From the NCBI GenBank assembly GCA_904063045.1, contig CAJFCJ010000005.1, forward strand, positions 1,813,988-1,877,987: DNA of 64,000 nt. Reading direction: 5' to 3'. Below the pieces are notes generated by a model. That model was not told the DNA's origin, did no database searches, and saw only the letters and a program-made list of their open reading frames with translations. The translations under genes were made by a program, and so were the position numbers. Source of the DNA: Dimorphilus gyrociliatus (taxonomy: Eukaryota > Animalia > Annelida). Of the stretch, positions 12,001-25,705 are shown in pieces (within the stretch, counting starts at the first letter, position 1; each line of letters starts with the position of its first letter).

Positions 12001-13979
12001 TCTATTTTCAATACCATATCCCATTTAAAACAATAGAATTCCTTTGATAAATTTCCAAGAAGAAAAATCTGCAAAAAATTCCATGCATTGCTTGCAGATG
12101 TGAGAAGAATAATTTCCAATTTACTAGATTTAATATTTTCTCATATATTATCTCGACAAATAGATTTTTATCTTGTAGATTATTGAAAATGGAGGATTAG
12201 TTTGCATTATTATTTTTTGTTTTTTGCACAAAATTTTTTTAACCCGTTTGCAGTGCACGCCCTTTCCCCAAAACACCAGAAAAGTGGGAAAAAGGCTAAA
12301 GGTATAAGCAATCAATTATATACAGTATAATATATGTATAAATGTATTTATACTGTATAGCCATCCTCTATTATTTGTAATGCAAAAGTTAATTGTATAT
12401 TTAATTATATAAATTTAGAAAAAGCTGAAAAGGAGGTTAAAGAAAAGAAGAAGAAAGATAGTGGAGATACGAAATCTGAGATTATACCTATTTTAGTTAC
12501 ATTGGAAAGTATTATTCAAAATGATGAATTCTTGTTAGCAAAGAGAGAAATTGAAGTTGGATGTGTTAGGACAATGGCTGTTAGTCAAAAGAAGGTTTGT
12601 ACAATTGTTCTTTTTATCCCTATGATAATTAATTTGATAAAAGAATACAATGATAGCTGTTTATTTTTCCTTTAAACGTTCAATAATTACAAAATAAGTT
12701 ATACAAATATTAAATTAAAGCGTCATTGTTTTGTGAATCCATCTTCAATAGGATCAAGTAAGTTGTATATAGAAAATGTATAAGTATGTCTTTCTTTATT
12801 TTAAATGCAATATAGTTAACACTGTACCAATTGTCTGTATAGTGAATAATGAGGAGAAGCCATTATGAACTAACCGTTGCATCATTATGAAGCTAATATC
12901 GATTTTATAAAATCACTTATATGGCTTAACAGCCAAAGGTGACTGTTTATAATACTGAAAAACACTTCTTACAAAGCCATGTTAAGTTAGCGGCTTATAA
13001 AGATCAGACAAATCTTTTTTATAGATTTAGTAACTTTTAGGGCTCTTTAGAAGTGATAATGTTTACAAAATTTGCTCAAATTCAAATAAATTAGGTCAGA
13101 AAACATTAAATATTATACAACATGGTTGATGGACTTTGTATTATTAATAATAATAATAATAATATACATATCAACACTAAATAATAGAAACAAGAGATAT
13201 TGCGTAATTTCTACTGTTGATATATAGTTGTTAAGCAACGGGTAATTCGTATCAGTTGATCCTAAAAACTATACACAGGATATGTTTATAAACATTCAAT
13301 TAAATGTTATAGTCATAATGTAATAGATATGCACAAATAGCACTTAAGAAAGTCTTAAATGTTAGATTTCACTAAGTCAAATAGTATTAATATAATTTCA
13401 GGGAAAATCAAAGGACAAATCGGTAAAAATATAGTATCAATTAGTTTGTTTACATGCTAAATATATATTGTATATACATTTATATATATACATATATGAA
13501 ATACATGTAAATATATATATATTACACCTGTTTACTGTATATATATAATGACATATTTTATAAATACTATACAATTATCCATTCACACTATACCCTCTAG
13601 ATATTATTATTAATATTTGTTATTATTATATTTTAGTCAGTAATCAAGTTTTCAATGAATTTCAGAATGGTGAATTTATCTTTGAAAATGCTTCTCAAAT
13701 AGAACAAATAGGCTTTAAAATAGATCCGATGAAAGGCATGATTGAAGCTGGTACAATAAAGCCTATTACAATTACTTGGAAGCCGTCTGCAAATCATGAT
13801 GTAAGTTTATTACTTTTATTTAAGTTACTTGTTAGTTTCTATACTGTTTTTATTAATTTCTATTTTTACAGCCCAACGTTCCTGTGGAGGCGTCCATAAA
13901 CTGTACGGTGAAAGGCGATACGACTGATATTTATAGAATCATACTAAGAGCTCTGTGTGTGACTGAATCAAGCAACTAA
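6061..13979 (+). CDS. CFAP74: Cilia- and flagella-associated protein 74 (many short introns; one intron of about 1.07 kb near 12595-13667)
   Basis: N-terminal coiled coil followed by ASH/PapD-like segments (FKDFDVGKTYNKKVILTNVSY, FDPPGQMSAGMTC, QEPSINFGFCTIYES, IPCHIASG). ATG at 6061, TAA at 13977-13979. Confidence 0.88.
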
Positions 13980-14863
13980 AGCAAAAACGAAAAAACTCTT
14001 TTTTTTTTAGGTTCTTATTTATACTAATATAATAAATGACTTGCGTAAGCGATAGCTATGGTTTCATTATATATACAGTATATATATCTATATATATACT
14101 GTATAATATATTTATATATATAATGCATAAAGGTAAGATCATTTAAGGAATATGTAAACACCTCTAAATATCATGACAATTTGAAACAAGATAGTAGAGT
14201 CTATTAAGGGAAGAATGAAAGAAAATAAAACAAACTATCGTAATAAGAAAGTAGCTGTTTTTTTCCCTTCTAAGTATAGTCAACCATGTTATTGTTTTTC
14301 AATTAGCTAAACTACTATTATTACATTTATATACCACTTTTTATTGAAGTCTTAGTACTTGTCATGGTATGGAAATATTATGCAGTGTCTAGGGTAACTA
14401 CTTAAAAACATCAATATTCATTAGCTATCGGTAATCTTATATTTCATATTACTTATCGTCGAAAAGTAAAAAGAAAATTGTTTTGGGTCTCTCCCTTCCG
14501 TTTCGTTCTAAGAAATTCTAAAGGCACAATTCCCAATAGATCTTGGTGGTTTTTTTATTATATGATCTTCCGATCAAGAGTCCCATCTATTGAAAGGAAC
14601 AGAGTCAAAAGAAGCGAGTTTCATAAAGAAAGAGTATTTAAAGTTCTTTAAAATTAAACATTTTCTTCGTTTTATGACTAAAGGATTAAAAGGATTAAAG
14701 CATTTACGTAGTAAGGAGATTTGTCATTAATATAATCATTACGCAAGTCTAGATTCAGCACTATTTTACATTGACGTCAATGCTTGATAAAAAAGAATTA
14801 GCAAATGAATCAGAGGTATTAAAGGAAACAAAGGAAAATATAAATAAGGCAAGTAGATTAAAC

Positions 14864-16690
14864 TCAGTGAGATAATTCCTCGTGTGATACGTCTACTTTC
14901 TCATCTTTATGATTTGATGAAGATGACTCTAATTTACGTTTCATCTTTTCGTACTTTTCCTTCGCTTTTTCATATTCTTCTAAAGAGCACACGTAATTTC
15001 CGATTACCCAACCATGTTGTAGAGCTTGCTTAGCTGTTAGTCTTTTAGTTTGATCGAAATCTAGCATCTTGTTAAGTAAATCGGCAAATGGTAGGGCATC
15101 CTCTGGACATAGGCAATATTTCTCGATAAGAACGTCCAATAGAGGCCAAGGCTTCAATTTTTCGATATTTTTTAAACTCCCACTAGAGTTGAAGAAGGCT
15201 TTCTTACATTTTGAATTATCGATAAGCTTCTTGGGTAAAGGTCCTAGGAGTTCTATAATGTGAGCTATATGATCTTCATCTCTGCTGTATTCATGTCCGG
15301 AGTGAGGTTGAAATAGAAAATCACCAGTAAGTAGTTCAAACGCCAAACAAGCAACGCTCCATATATCAGCAGCTGTACCATAATCAATACCAAGAAGAAC
15401 TTCTACAGCTCTATACTGTCTTGTTTGTATGTCCTCTGTAAAATGCTGAGTTATCCAACAAGCATTTCCAAAATCAGCTAATTTTACTTCAAATTCACAT
15501 TCGACAAAGGCTGGATCGAGGTCACACTCATCGCTAACTATACTTATATTTTGAGCTTTTGTTTCTATAGTCTCTTCTTCCTTATCATCAAGGGATGTAT
15601 TTTTCAAATTACACAAAAGACTTTCGGTATCGTCTTTTGTGTTCTCTGATCTAATAATATCGCTATTCTCATTAAGAGCTAGTTCATCATTAAAAATAGC
15701 TATGGAATTTGTTTCTCCCTTATGTTCAAATGTTGCTTTTTCAGCCTTTTTCTTTAATTTTTTCTTCAAATTCTTCTTTTGATTTCTAGTTAAGTTTTTG
15801 AAATGATTAGAATCCAAAATTTGATGTTTTTGATCACCTTCCTTTAAATAAGTTAAATTATTGGATAGGTTAGATATATAAGAAGGAGTTAATGTATTGG
15901 TTTTAGTAGAGTTTATTGCATCAGCAGCCATGGCACGAATTTTAGACTCTTTTACCCCTAAAAGTACGTTCTCAGGCTTAATATCCGTGTGAATAATACC
16001 ACACTCATCGTGTATGTAAACGAGGCCCTCTAACACCTGCTTTATTATACAACGAACGTTGGCAAGTGGTAGGCCTTTGTATTTAGAACGCTGTATAAGC
16101 TTTAGAACATTATCGCCAAGCAATTCGAAAACTAGACAGGCGTGCACACCATGTATACCGGCAATTTTAAAATCATCTAGCAACATCACGTTACGCAATC
16201 TCCCGTTATGTTCTTTGTTCTTTTCCCTTATTTCCGTTAGGAGTTTTATCTCATCTAATGCTGATTCCATATAGTGTTTAGAACTTTTTACTATTTTCAT
16301 TGCGACGAACTTTTTAGAATTCAGGTCCCAACATAACCAAACAGTTGAAAAATGACCCCACCCTATTTTCCTTAAAACACTATATCTTCCATTATAAAAA
16401 TCCCCTATTTGAACTGGATGATAACCCCCGATTTTGTAGTCTTTCGCCGACTCTTGCTCAGATTCTTCCATATAACTAAATTCTGAACCACAAGACGTCG
16501 ATTCATCCCTAGAATATTCGCACGAACAACCAGCTGATGAACTTTCACTTCTTTCTTCAGAATCTTCCGAAGACGATGACGAGACAGGTTCAAAATACTT
16601 CTGAGAAACAGTACTATTGATTGCTTTCGTTTTCTTCTTCATTTTCAGACGTTTACGAGCTTGCTTCGCAAGAATTTTACGCGCAAACAT
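14864..16690 (-). CDS. SRPK: SR protein kinase, intronless CDS
   Basis: YKIGGYHPVQIGD, KIGWGHFSTVWL, HTDIKPENVLL, spacer insert, KLADFGNACW, IQTRQYRAVEV, FQPHSGHEYSRDEDHIAHIIELLG. First ATG is at 16690; the ORF-track start is TTG. Confidence 0.95.
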   Translation of the reverse strand: MFARKILAKQARKRLKMKKKTKAINSTVSQKYFEPVSSSSSEDSEERSESSSAGCSCEYSRDESTSCGSEFSYMEESEQESAKDYKIGGYHPVQIGDFYNGRYSVLRKIGWGHFSTVWLCWDLNSKKFVAMKIVKSSKHYMESALDEIKLLTEIREKNKEHNGRLRNVMLLDDFKIAGIHGVHACLVFELLGDNVLKLIQRSKYKGLPLANVRCIIKQVLEGLVYIHDECGIIHTDIKPENVLLGVKESKIRAMAADAINSTKTNTLTPSYISNLSNNLTYLKEGDQKHQILDSNHFKNLTRNQKKNLKKKLKKKAEKATFEHKGETNSIAIFNDELALNENSDIIRSENTKDDTESLLCNLKNTSLDDKEEETIETKAQNISIVSDECDLDPAFVECEFEVKLADFGNACWITQHFTEDIQTRQYRAVEVLLGIDYGTAADIWSVACLAFELLTGDFLFQPHSGHEYSRDEDHIAHIIELLGPLPKKLIDNSKCKKAFFNSSGSLKNIEKLKPWPLLDVLIEKYCLCPEDALPFADLLNKMLDFDQTKRLTAKQALQHGWVIGNYVCSLEEYEKAKEKYEKMKRKLESSSSNHKDEKVDVSHEELSH

Positions 16691-16935
16691 ATTCTGCAAT
16701 TTGGTGTTTAGGATAACGCTCTGTTTTAAATATTATGCTGGACGTTATTTAAAAATTTAAAATTATGTATGATTTTTAGGATAATTTACATATTCCGTCA
16801 ATTTTCATTGCACAAATCAATGATAGTTTCGTACTAAAAAAAAAAAGCGAACTTTTTGTTTCTCTCGTAAAAAGAGAGTTATCTAAATATAAATCATATT
16901 TTAGGCATAACTCTTATATAAACATTATTTAGATT

Positions 16936-17822
<887 letters not shown>

Positions 17823-18310
17823 ATCAAAAATATCTTATAACTTCTCTATTTACAATTTTTGGAATAATAGCACGTTTTTTAAACGTAGTTATACACTATT
17901 CGTAGTTTCATTTCGCCTTATGAATGTTTTGCTTTAAAGAAATTTTTAACAGTTTTGTCTCCAACTTTATTTTAGTGTGGTATCCTATTCATTGTCATAG
18001 GAATGGCCTTTAGTTTATTAAGTAATCAGTAACCAAGCTAATGTTTATAGTTTATCATGGCGACCTTTTCTCAAAATAATTCCTGCCGTAAGTATTTCTT
18101 CGATACCATTCTATCTTTATTATACTGTGGAGCTTTTGAAGTTAACCATATTAAGAGTCTCTGTACAATAAATATTCCTGATAAAGAAATTAGTAAGACT
18201 TAGCCCATGCCGCAGATTTGTTAGTAAAGGGTGAAAGGAGTGATTTTAATGAATGGAACAAAAGTTATTTTCATATAAATAGCCTAAAATCAGTGATTAA
18301 TCCCACAGAA

Positions 18311-19214
18311 ATGACAAGTGAAGGCGAAGAGAATAATATGGACTTAGAATTGGATGGTGGTGAAGGCGAAGAGGAATACTTCGATGGTGATGAGAATGGA
18401 ATGTGCGTGAGCCTACTCTAAATAATTATTTATTTTTATGATGAAAAATGCAATGTTTAATATAGTAACGAGGATACGCGTTTCGACGAAACTATCGGTT
18501 CAATAGAGGATATCGTAATGGGTAAGATAAATATGACATTTTAGAGATGTAAACTATCAGATTAATTCTGTGAATTTTTTCGCGTGTAGACGAAAAATTC
18601 CAAACTATGCAGAATACTTTCCTTGAAAAATATTACATGGAATTTGAAAATACTGAAGAAAACAAATTCATTTACACAGATATACATAAAGAATATGTAT
18701 GATTTTAATATAATTATTAAAATTATATAAGAAAATAACGAAAATCATTTTCTTAATGTTGTTTTTCTTACAGTGTGAATTAATAGAAAAACATATCGAA
18801 ACCGAACTGCAGATTAGAATTCCAGATTTCCAAATGGATGAATTTGCAAAGGAATTAGAGTATGCAAAATCTGTCTTTTAATTTACGATAAACAATTTAC
18901 ATTTTTTCTCAATTCCAAATGTAGAAATAGAAAAGATGAGTTAGATGGTGAAATATTTGAAATGCTACTTACTTTTAGCGACTTTATGATATTTAAGGAG
19001 ATGTTTCTAGATTATAAATCCGTAAGTTTTATCTATATTCTTTTATAGCTATAATTTCATTTTTTATATTTTTATAATACACAAAAAAAACTAGGCTAAA
19101 GAAGGTAATACGGTGGATTTAAGTTCCGGCATCTGTATAAGACATTTTGGATCAGAAATTGAGCAACTCTCGCCCATGAGTTCCTTAGATTTCACTTTAT
19201 CACCAACCTCATGA
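18311..19214 (+). CDS. ARL2BP: ARL2-binding protein (BART), 6 exons
   Basis: FDETIGSIEDIVM, FQTMQNTFLEKYYMEFENTEENKFIYTDIHKEY, ELDGEIFEMLLTFSDFMIFKEMFLDYK match ARL2BP. Confidence 0.92.
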
Positions 19215-19844
19215 CTTATCTGCTCCCACTGAAAGGCTTTAACCACTTTTCTCGAGCATTTACAGAATGAGTTTATGCTGTGATATATTAACTATTTGTT
19301 TTTTTAATCATGATTTATATAATGTAAAAATTTAGCAAACGAAATTTTCAGCAGGCCTACAATTCCATGAAAAAAATGCCTATATTTAAACACGCGTCCA
19401 TATAATAGACCAGAGGAAGGTTTTATTCTTTTTTTTTTATTTCTAAAGCAGGAAATTTTTTTTTTTTCACTGATGGAGAATATCAATTTATTGAAGGAGG
19501 GAAGGGGTTTAGGGTAAATAGGTGTAAAAAAAATAACATAATATCTATAATAATATTAATATAGCAGAGAGAAAGTGATGGAAAGTATTTTGTATATTTT
19601 TTTTTTTACACAATGGGATAGTTAAATAATTAATTTATATACACAATTTACCAGAAAAAGAACTTGATAAAAAGAAAAACATACATCGGTGTCTTTTTTT
19701 TAACGGCAAAAACCGATAAAAATTTAAAAGTATATTTATTAAATATTCTTTTTCTTTTTTATATATAGAGATTTAAAAATTCAATATGTATATATGGGAA
19801 TGCTAATTTTTTCTTTTTGCCGCTTTATTTTCGTTTTGTTTATA

Positions 19845-19876
<32 letters not shown>

Positions 19877-20754
19877 ATATAAATAGACATTTTTTTCTTT
19901 TATACAAATTAATTTCTTCGTGTATTTATTTCAAAGTGAATAATATGCTTTTGAACGATAATACATGAAAAATGTTTAATATAAGATAAAAATAAAATAT
20001 AACACAATATAGTATACTGTTTGGACAATCTCTTAAATGATTGTTTTATATTAATATTGATTAGATACTAAATAAGCAAAAATCACTACGTCATAGTTTA
20101 TCTTTCATAAGTGTTTTTTTAACGAAATTGATAAAATATTTAAATCTAAAAGGAAACGAATTTTAATGTAAAAAAGAATTAGGTTTCTTTTTTATTTTTT
20201 TAAATCTTCAAAAGAAGAAAACTTTATTTGTAAAATATTCTTTGAAAAGAGGAAAATTCCATTGTTCGTTAGTTTCCTTAGATACGTTTCTGACGAAAAA
20301 TAGCCACGTAAAAAATAAAAAAAAAAGAGCATCGAGTATTTAGAACAAATCAGTCGATAAATGGTCAAAAGTTCTCTTTTACTTTGCAACTTTTTTGTAA
20401 TGTATAGGTCTTCTTAATTAGTAAAAAAAGAATGTATATATAACTCTACTCTTGGAACTGTTACTGGGTCTTTGAGAAAGTGTAATTGTCCCCTAAACTA
20501 AAACAATAAGGCAACATCAAAGTTCATTGAACTTAAACACCTTACGACTTTCAAGGCGACACTTTGCTCCTTATCAGGACATTAAATATGCCATCTATCG
20601 GTAATTTTCATTCAAATACAATCGGTCAATAGTTAGATATCGAGGGTATGCGATGGTCTACGATAGCAAGTGGCGCTGTGTGCAGTATCTGGCTCATATT
20701 CCTTTTAGAATTGAGTTATAACAAAAAGAAATTGGAATGCGCAGCCTGTGATAG

Positions 20755-20788
20755 TTCTAAGAATTATCGGCCTATTGGCTTCGTGGAA
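20755..20788 (+). promoter_or_regulatory. Tandem STAT (GAS) motifs upstream of SOCS
   Basis: TTCTAAGAA at 20755-20763 and TTCGTGGAA at 20780-20788, both TTC-N3-GAA, within 80 nt of the SOCS ATG. Confidence 0.5.
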
Positions 20789-20832
20789 TACTATATGAGG
20801 AAAAGAGAGATACTGGGTTTGTATAACTAAAC

Positions 20833-21447
20833 ATGACTCTGACGGTAGCGGTAAGGACAATGAAAAACGAAGACAGTCCCCCGCCGGACTATGATCTCCT
20901 TCAATCTCCCAATTCTCACTACGAAAATACCAAAGTATCGTCACGAGCGAAGACCATTCCACATCCGACAGTTATTAAATCGCTAAGTGAGGCCTACAAG
21001 CAAATTCTTAACTGCTCTTTCTATTATGCCTTTTTTGATCTATCGAATTCGAAAGTACTAGAAGATCAGCGGAGCGGAACTTTCCTACTACGTCCTAGTT
21101 CTCACCCGCATTATTTATATACAATCAGTGTTAATAAAAAAGGTAGAGTCATGAACATTCGTATTAGATTGACAGATCAGGGACTTTTCTCACTAGAGGA
21201 CGGTGGCCAAACAACAAAGGCACCAGATTTTACAACAATTGGCAATCTAGTGTGTTATTATATGCATAAACATGCAAAAGCTTATTATGAAGATGCGGAC
21301 GCTTTCAGGCTACTCTACCCGTACAGGAAACGTGTCGTATCTTTACAAACTTTAGCCGGAGAAGAAATTATAAGAAATACTCAAAGATCTCAATTAGGAA
21401 ATTTGTTTATCATGAAAAACTTTGGCAGTATTCATTCTATCCTTTAA
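20833..21447 (+). CDS. SOCS: Suppressor of cytokine signalling (SH2 plus degenerate SOCS box); C-terminus uncertain
   Basis: SH2 motif GTFLLRPSSHPHYLYTISV..NIRI..FSL followed by LLYP..VSLQTL, a SOCS-box start. Confidence 0.8.
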   Translation: MTLTVAVRTMKNEDSPPPDYDLLQSPNSHYENTKVSSRAKTIPHPTVIKSLSEAYKQILNCSFYYAFFDLSNSKVLEDQRSGTFLLRPSSHPHYLYTISVNKKGRVMNIRIRLTDQGLFSLEDGGQTTKAPDFTTIGNLVCYYMHKHAKAYYEDADAFRLLYPYRKRVVSLQTLAGEEIIRNTQRSQLGNLFIMKNFGSIHSIL

Positions 21448-22303
21448 GAAAGAAAACACTCTCCAAACCAACAGGTAATTTAAAATAGTTCTAAAAGAAA
21501 AACAGTGAAAAGACTTTAAATTAAACGAAAAATATCTAAAGGACAATATTAAAAATATTGATGAAGAAAGACAATAATGATAATGAATATCAAATAGTTT
21601 TTTTTTCTTCTGTTCTTTTGTTCTTTATTTCGAAAATTTTGCTTTTGTTGCAAAGAGAAAACAAAAAAAAAAGGAAAATTTTTGCAAACGTTGATAAAAA
21701 AAAATTGTCAATAATTATTAATCTTTGTACAGAAATACGGAAATGTTCTAGTCAGCAACAAAAACATAAAGAAAAGAGAGAGAAGGCAGTTGAAAATTGA
21801 ATAAAAAACAAAAAAAATACATCTAAATAAACAACAACAACAACAACAACTTTGTTCTTTTTACGTATTTTTGTTATGTTTTTTTTATTATTATTAAATA
21901 ATAAGTAAACAATGAAAAACTTTGTAAATAAGTTCTTACTAAATGTTGTAAATTATTGTAATCATCTTTTAGTCTTCATAAATTAAAATGAAAACGAGAC
22001 TTTTATTATTTATTTACTTGTTTAAATGATTTATATAGTATTATTATATATTGACATACATACATACATACGTACAGCAAAACATGACATATACGCTATA
22101 AATTCTGCATTAATATTGTGTTTTTCTTCTTTTACCTTAGTTACTGATTACGTAATAGAATACCATTATTTAATTTGTTGTTTTTTATCCTGTCAGTATT
22201 ACGAGTTTAGATAATTTCTTTAACTTGATATTTCGATTAAAAAAAGAAGAACTAAAGACGCTGAGTCAGTGTTGTTTTTCATTCGTGTAAGAAATAAATC
22301 CCC

Positions 22304-22371
22304 TTCCCGGAAAATTAATATAAGTTGGCTATAAGTAACTTATATGAAATAATATAAGAAAATTCCTAGAA
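22304..22371 (+). promoter_or_regulatory. Second pair of STAT (GAS) motifs downstream of SOCS
   Basis: TTCCCGGAA at 22304-22312 and TTCCTAGAA at 22363-22371. Confidence 0.4.
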
Positions 22372-22504
22372 AGCATCTACGCAGTTTAAGGATAAAAGAT
22401 ATGTATTCTACTAATTAATACGATATGACTATAAATTCTTAAAAGGACGTTATTAAAGCTATAAATAATTTTAGCACATACTCCTCCTCTATTTTCTAAA
22501 TATT

Positions 22505-22574
22505 TCTTCTACTACTACTACTACTACTACTACTTTTTCTTCTTCTTCTTCTTCTCTCTCTCTTTCTCTCTCTC
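22505..22574 (+). repeat. Compound (CTA)n-(TTC)n-(CT)n microsatellite
   Basis: Direct reading. Confidence 0.9.
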
Positions 22575-23691
22575 CTCGTAATCCTTCTGATTTTACGTTT
22601 CATAAATAAAATGAAATATACACACTTGTATTCTATATGTCATTATTTATTAAGAAATAGGAAAGCGAACAGTGTCGTAAATCTTTTGAATTACATAATA
22701 AAAAAATGTGTTAATCTCATAAAAAAATATAAAAGCTTCTTTAATACTATTTATCGTAAGAGAAATTTCTTTTCCATCAATTTCTTGCAATTTCTCAGCA
22801 TCTATTATATTATTCATTATAGATAAATATTGTTAAAAGTGAAATACATATTATTAATTTCCTTAGTAGTTAATCGTCTATTTTTAATTGTTCCATTTGG
22901 AGAGAAAGACCTTTTACTAATAAAAAGAAACTTAATCGATTATAGATGAATTGCAAACCAAACGAAAAAAATTAGAGCTTTTCTTTGACATTTAATGCTT
23001 ATTAACAGGATATTTTAAGTAATATATAGTGTATGTATTAAGCGTATAGAGTATATCTATAAATAGATTCTATATAAATTGTATATGTAGATAGTTCATA
23101 TTACAATTTAAATTGAAATTTTCCTTCAGAGTATTCTTGTAAGAGAATGTAAGACAAGTGCTTAAACAAAGCTATAATTAAACGACCTATTGCACTCTAT
23201 TTTAGGATAATCAAAGAATGACAGTACATCAAAAGTTATTACTCTACAATAGAATTATAGTTAAATGAAACGGTTGATCAATATAATATATATATATATA
23301 TATATATATACTAATATATATATAATATGTACTGTATATTCAGTACATCCTTCAACTCATTTAAACTAGGAGATTAAATAGTTGCAGTCTTCAATAATAT
23401 ACAATTAATCTTTATTTATTAGGTTCTTTCATCTTTATAACAGAAGAATTAATTATCATTTTCATTATTATTATTATATCAAATAAAAAAAAAAACAAAC
23501 AAAAGAAAAAGGTATTAAAATTTTTAACGTATTAATAATTAATAATAATTAAAAAGTAAACAAACAAATAAACAAACAATCAAACAAACAAACATAAAAA
23601 CTGTACAAGTAGTTTGTATAAAAAAAATAAACTTTTCTTCATTAATTTATTAATGTTAAATTTTTGTCTATGTTTCTCTTTTTAATTTAGT

Positions 23692-23696
<5 letters not shown>

Positions 23697-23728
<32 letters not shown>
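23697..23728 (+). repeat. (TC)n microsatellite downstream of the Wnt7 stop
   Basis: Direct reading. Confidence 0.9.
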
Positions 23729-23732
<4 letters not shown>

Positions 23733-23880
23733 GCTCTTTCGCTCTCTCACTGTTTGATCTATTAAATGAGGTTATTAAAAAAACATAGTTACTCTTTATA
23801 CGTAAAATATGAAGAGAAATATAAAACTTTTTTCTTCGTATTTTACATTTTTTTAAAAAAAAAAACAGAGTTAAACTTTA

Positions 23881-25705
23881 TCAATTACACAATCTTTCCT
23901 TAACAGTATTATAGCAGGTCTGACAAACAAGCTTGCAGCACCATTGGAATTTACAATGGCACTTTTCAGTTTGATTAAAAACTTGTAGAGTAAATCCACG
24001 CTCGCAGCATAAACGTCGGCAACTTGCGGGTCCCTTTAAAGAGCATCTTCTTCTTCTTGTTCCTTCAAAACCTTCTCTCTCATCAGCTTCGCAATAAGAA
24101 GGTGATTTACTTAAGTAGATTAAATGCTTTCTCAATACTTTATTTCTTTGAATTTCTGATCTTCTTAATCTCATCCTACCGTTAGATGTCGACACTGGCC
24201 TAGCTTTTTTGTAGTGTTTATATACTTTTTTACCAACTTGTCTAAAAGTCGGCAACGATTTCCAGCAAGTTTTCTTAGCGCACGAACCGGAAGTTCCATG
24301 ACATTTACATTTGGTTTCCATGCTTTTACGCATTATCTATTAAAATACATAAATAAAAAATTTGAAGAAAAAATGATCTATAAGATATAATAAAGAAAAA
24401 AATACAAACTCCCAAGCTCTTTCAAGGGCTAGGAGTTATAAGAAGAGTTTATAAATAACTTAATTAAAGCGGTTACCTTTCTTCCTACGGCGTTATTATG
24501 AATATTCATAACTTTCTCTCTGTTACTACCCGGCCTCTCTTTGGAATCGACGAAAATCTTTGTAAGTCCAAGGGAATATCTTAAATTTGGTGAACATCCA
24601 CTCCATGACCAGTCGTCAGCTCTTCGCTTTCTATCGCAACTGCAATTCGGAATATGTCCCTGACTGCAATGTTTCGCTATTGAAAATGCTACAGCTGATG
24701 ACCTCATTCCGTAAACTGCTGCTACCTCCCTCGTAGCTGTTAGTCATATATTCACCCATTTATTATTTCTATCAATTTGCCTTACGGCATTTTTCTTTCA
24801 AAAACAATCTTCTGCTTATTTGTATAAGAGGAGTCATAACTGATAATTTTTACACTACCTATATTAACTTATAAGCCTCAAGATTGAATTCTTTCATTAC
24901 TCAACTGAATAACTAGAAGGATTATAGGAGAATTAACATTTCATGAAAAGAGAGACAGAATAAGCGGGATAGATAGAAAGATAAATAGTCAGATAGAAAG
25001 GGGGGGAAAGAAAGTAGTAGAAAGAGAGAGAGAGAAAGAAGAGAAAGAGAGAAAGAGAGAGAGAGAGCGTAGTGGGGGGTGGAGGAAAGGTTGGTTATGA
25101 AAAAGGAGAAAGGAGAATAAATGAGTTTGAAAAGAAAGGCAGGCGGCGGAGTAGGAATAGGAGGAGAAAGTCGGTTAGTTTATTTTAACTCACCTCTATG
25201 ACTCTTAGAAAAATTCCTATGAGTCTTGTTGTCTGAAAATAAGCTTATATAGTATAAATATAAGCGATTTGCGACAAATCAGGCAAAAATAACAACAACA
25301 TTGACACAATAGATCTACTGATTGATATACTATACACCTTTTTCTATGAGGAGGGGAGAAATATACAGCATATTTAATTTAATACACACCTTTAATATTC
25401 AACTTTAAAATAGCATTAGATATAAATATTTAAATAATTCTTTATTTAAATAGCAAACTATTAATATATTACACATACCGGTGTAATTTTTTGGGAATAA
25501 TTCGACTCCTGGGGGAAATCTAGCACAATTCCATCTATGATTACGAAATTGATATCGGCACTCTTCCTTTGCCAATTCTTCACCTTCGATTATGGCAATC
25601 ATGGCATCCGGTCTGGAACTACAAATGCTCCTTTGTCTTCCGGTTAATCCGATAGCCTTCGAGCAAATTCGAACAGCCGAAAAACTATGTACGGACGAGA
25701 AGAAT
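23881..25705 (-). CDS. Wnt7: Wnt7-like ligand, exons 2-4 (25705-25497, about 24738-24476, about 24336-23881); tentative exon 1 at 26976-26942
   Basis: FFSSVHSFSAVRICSKAIGLTGRQRSICSSRPDAMIAIIEG matches Wnt7 [41 protein letters not shown]. The CKCHGTSGSC lipidation motif and the C-terminal Cys pattern are intact. Confidence 0.85.

Noticed and set aside
15069-16593. Short ORFs overlapping SRPK
   Set aside because: Antisense or alternative-frame by-products of the kinase CDS.
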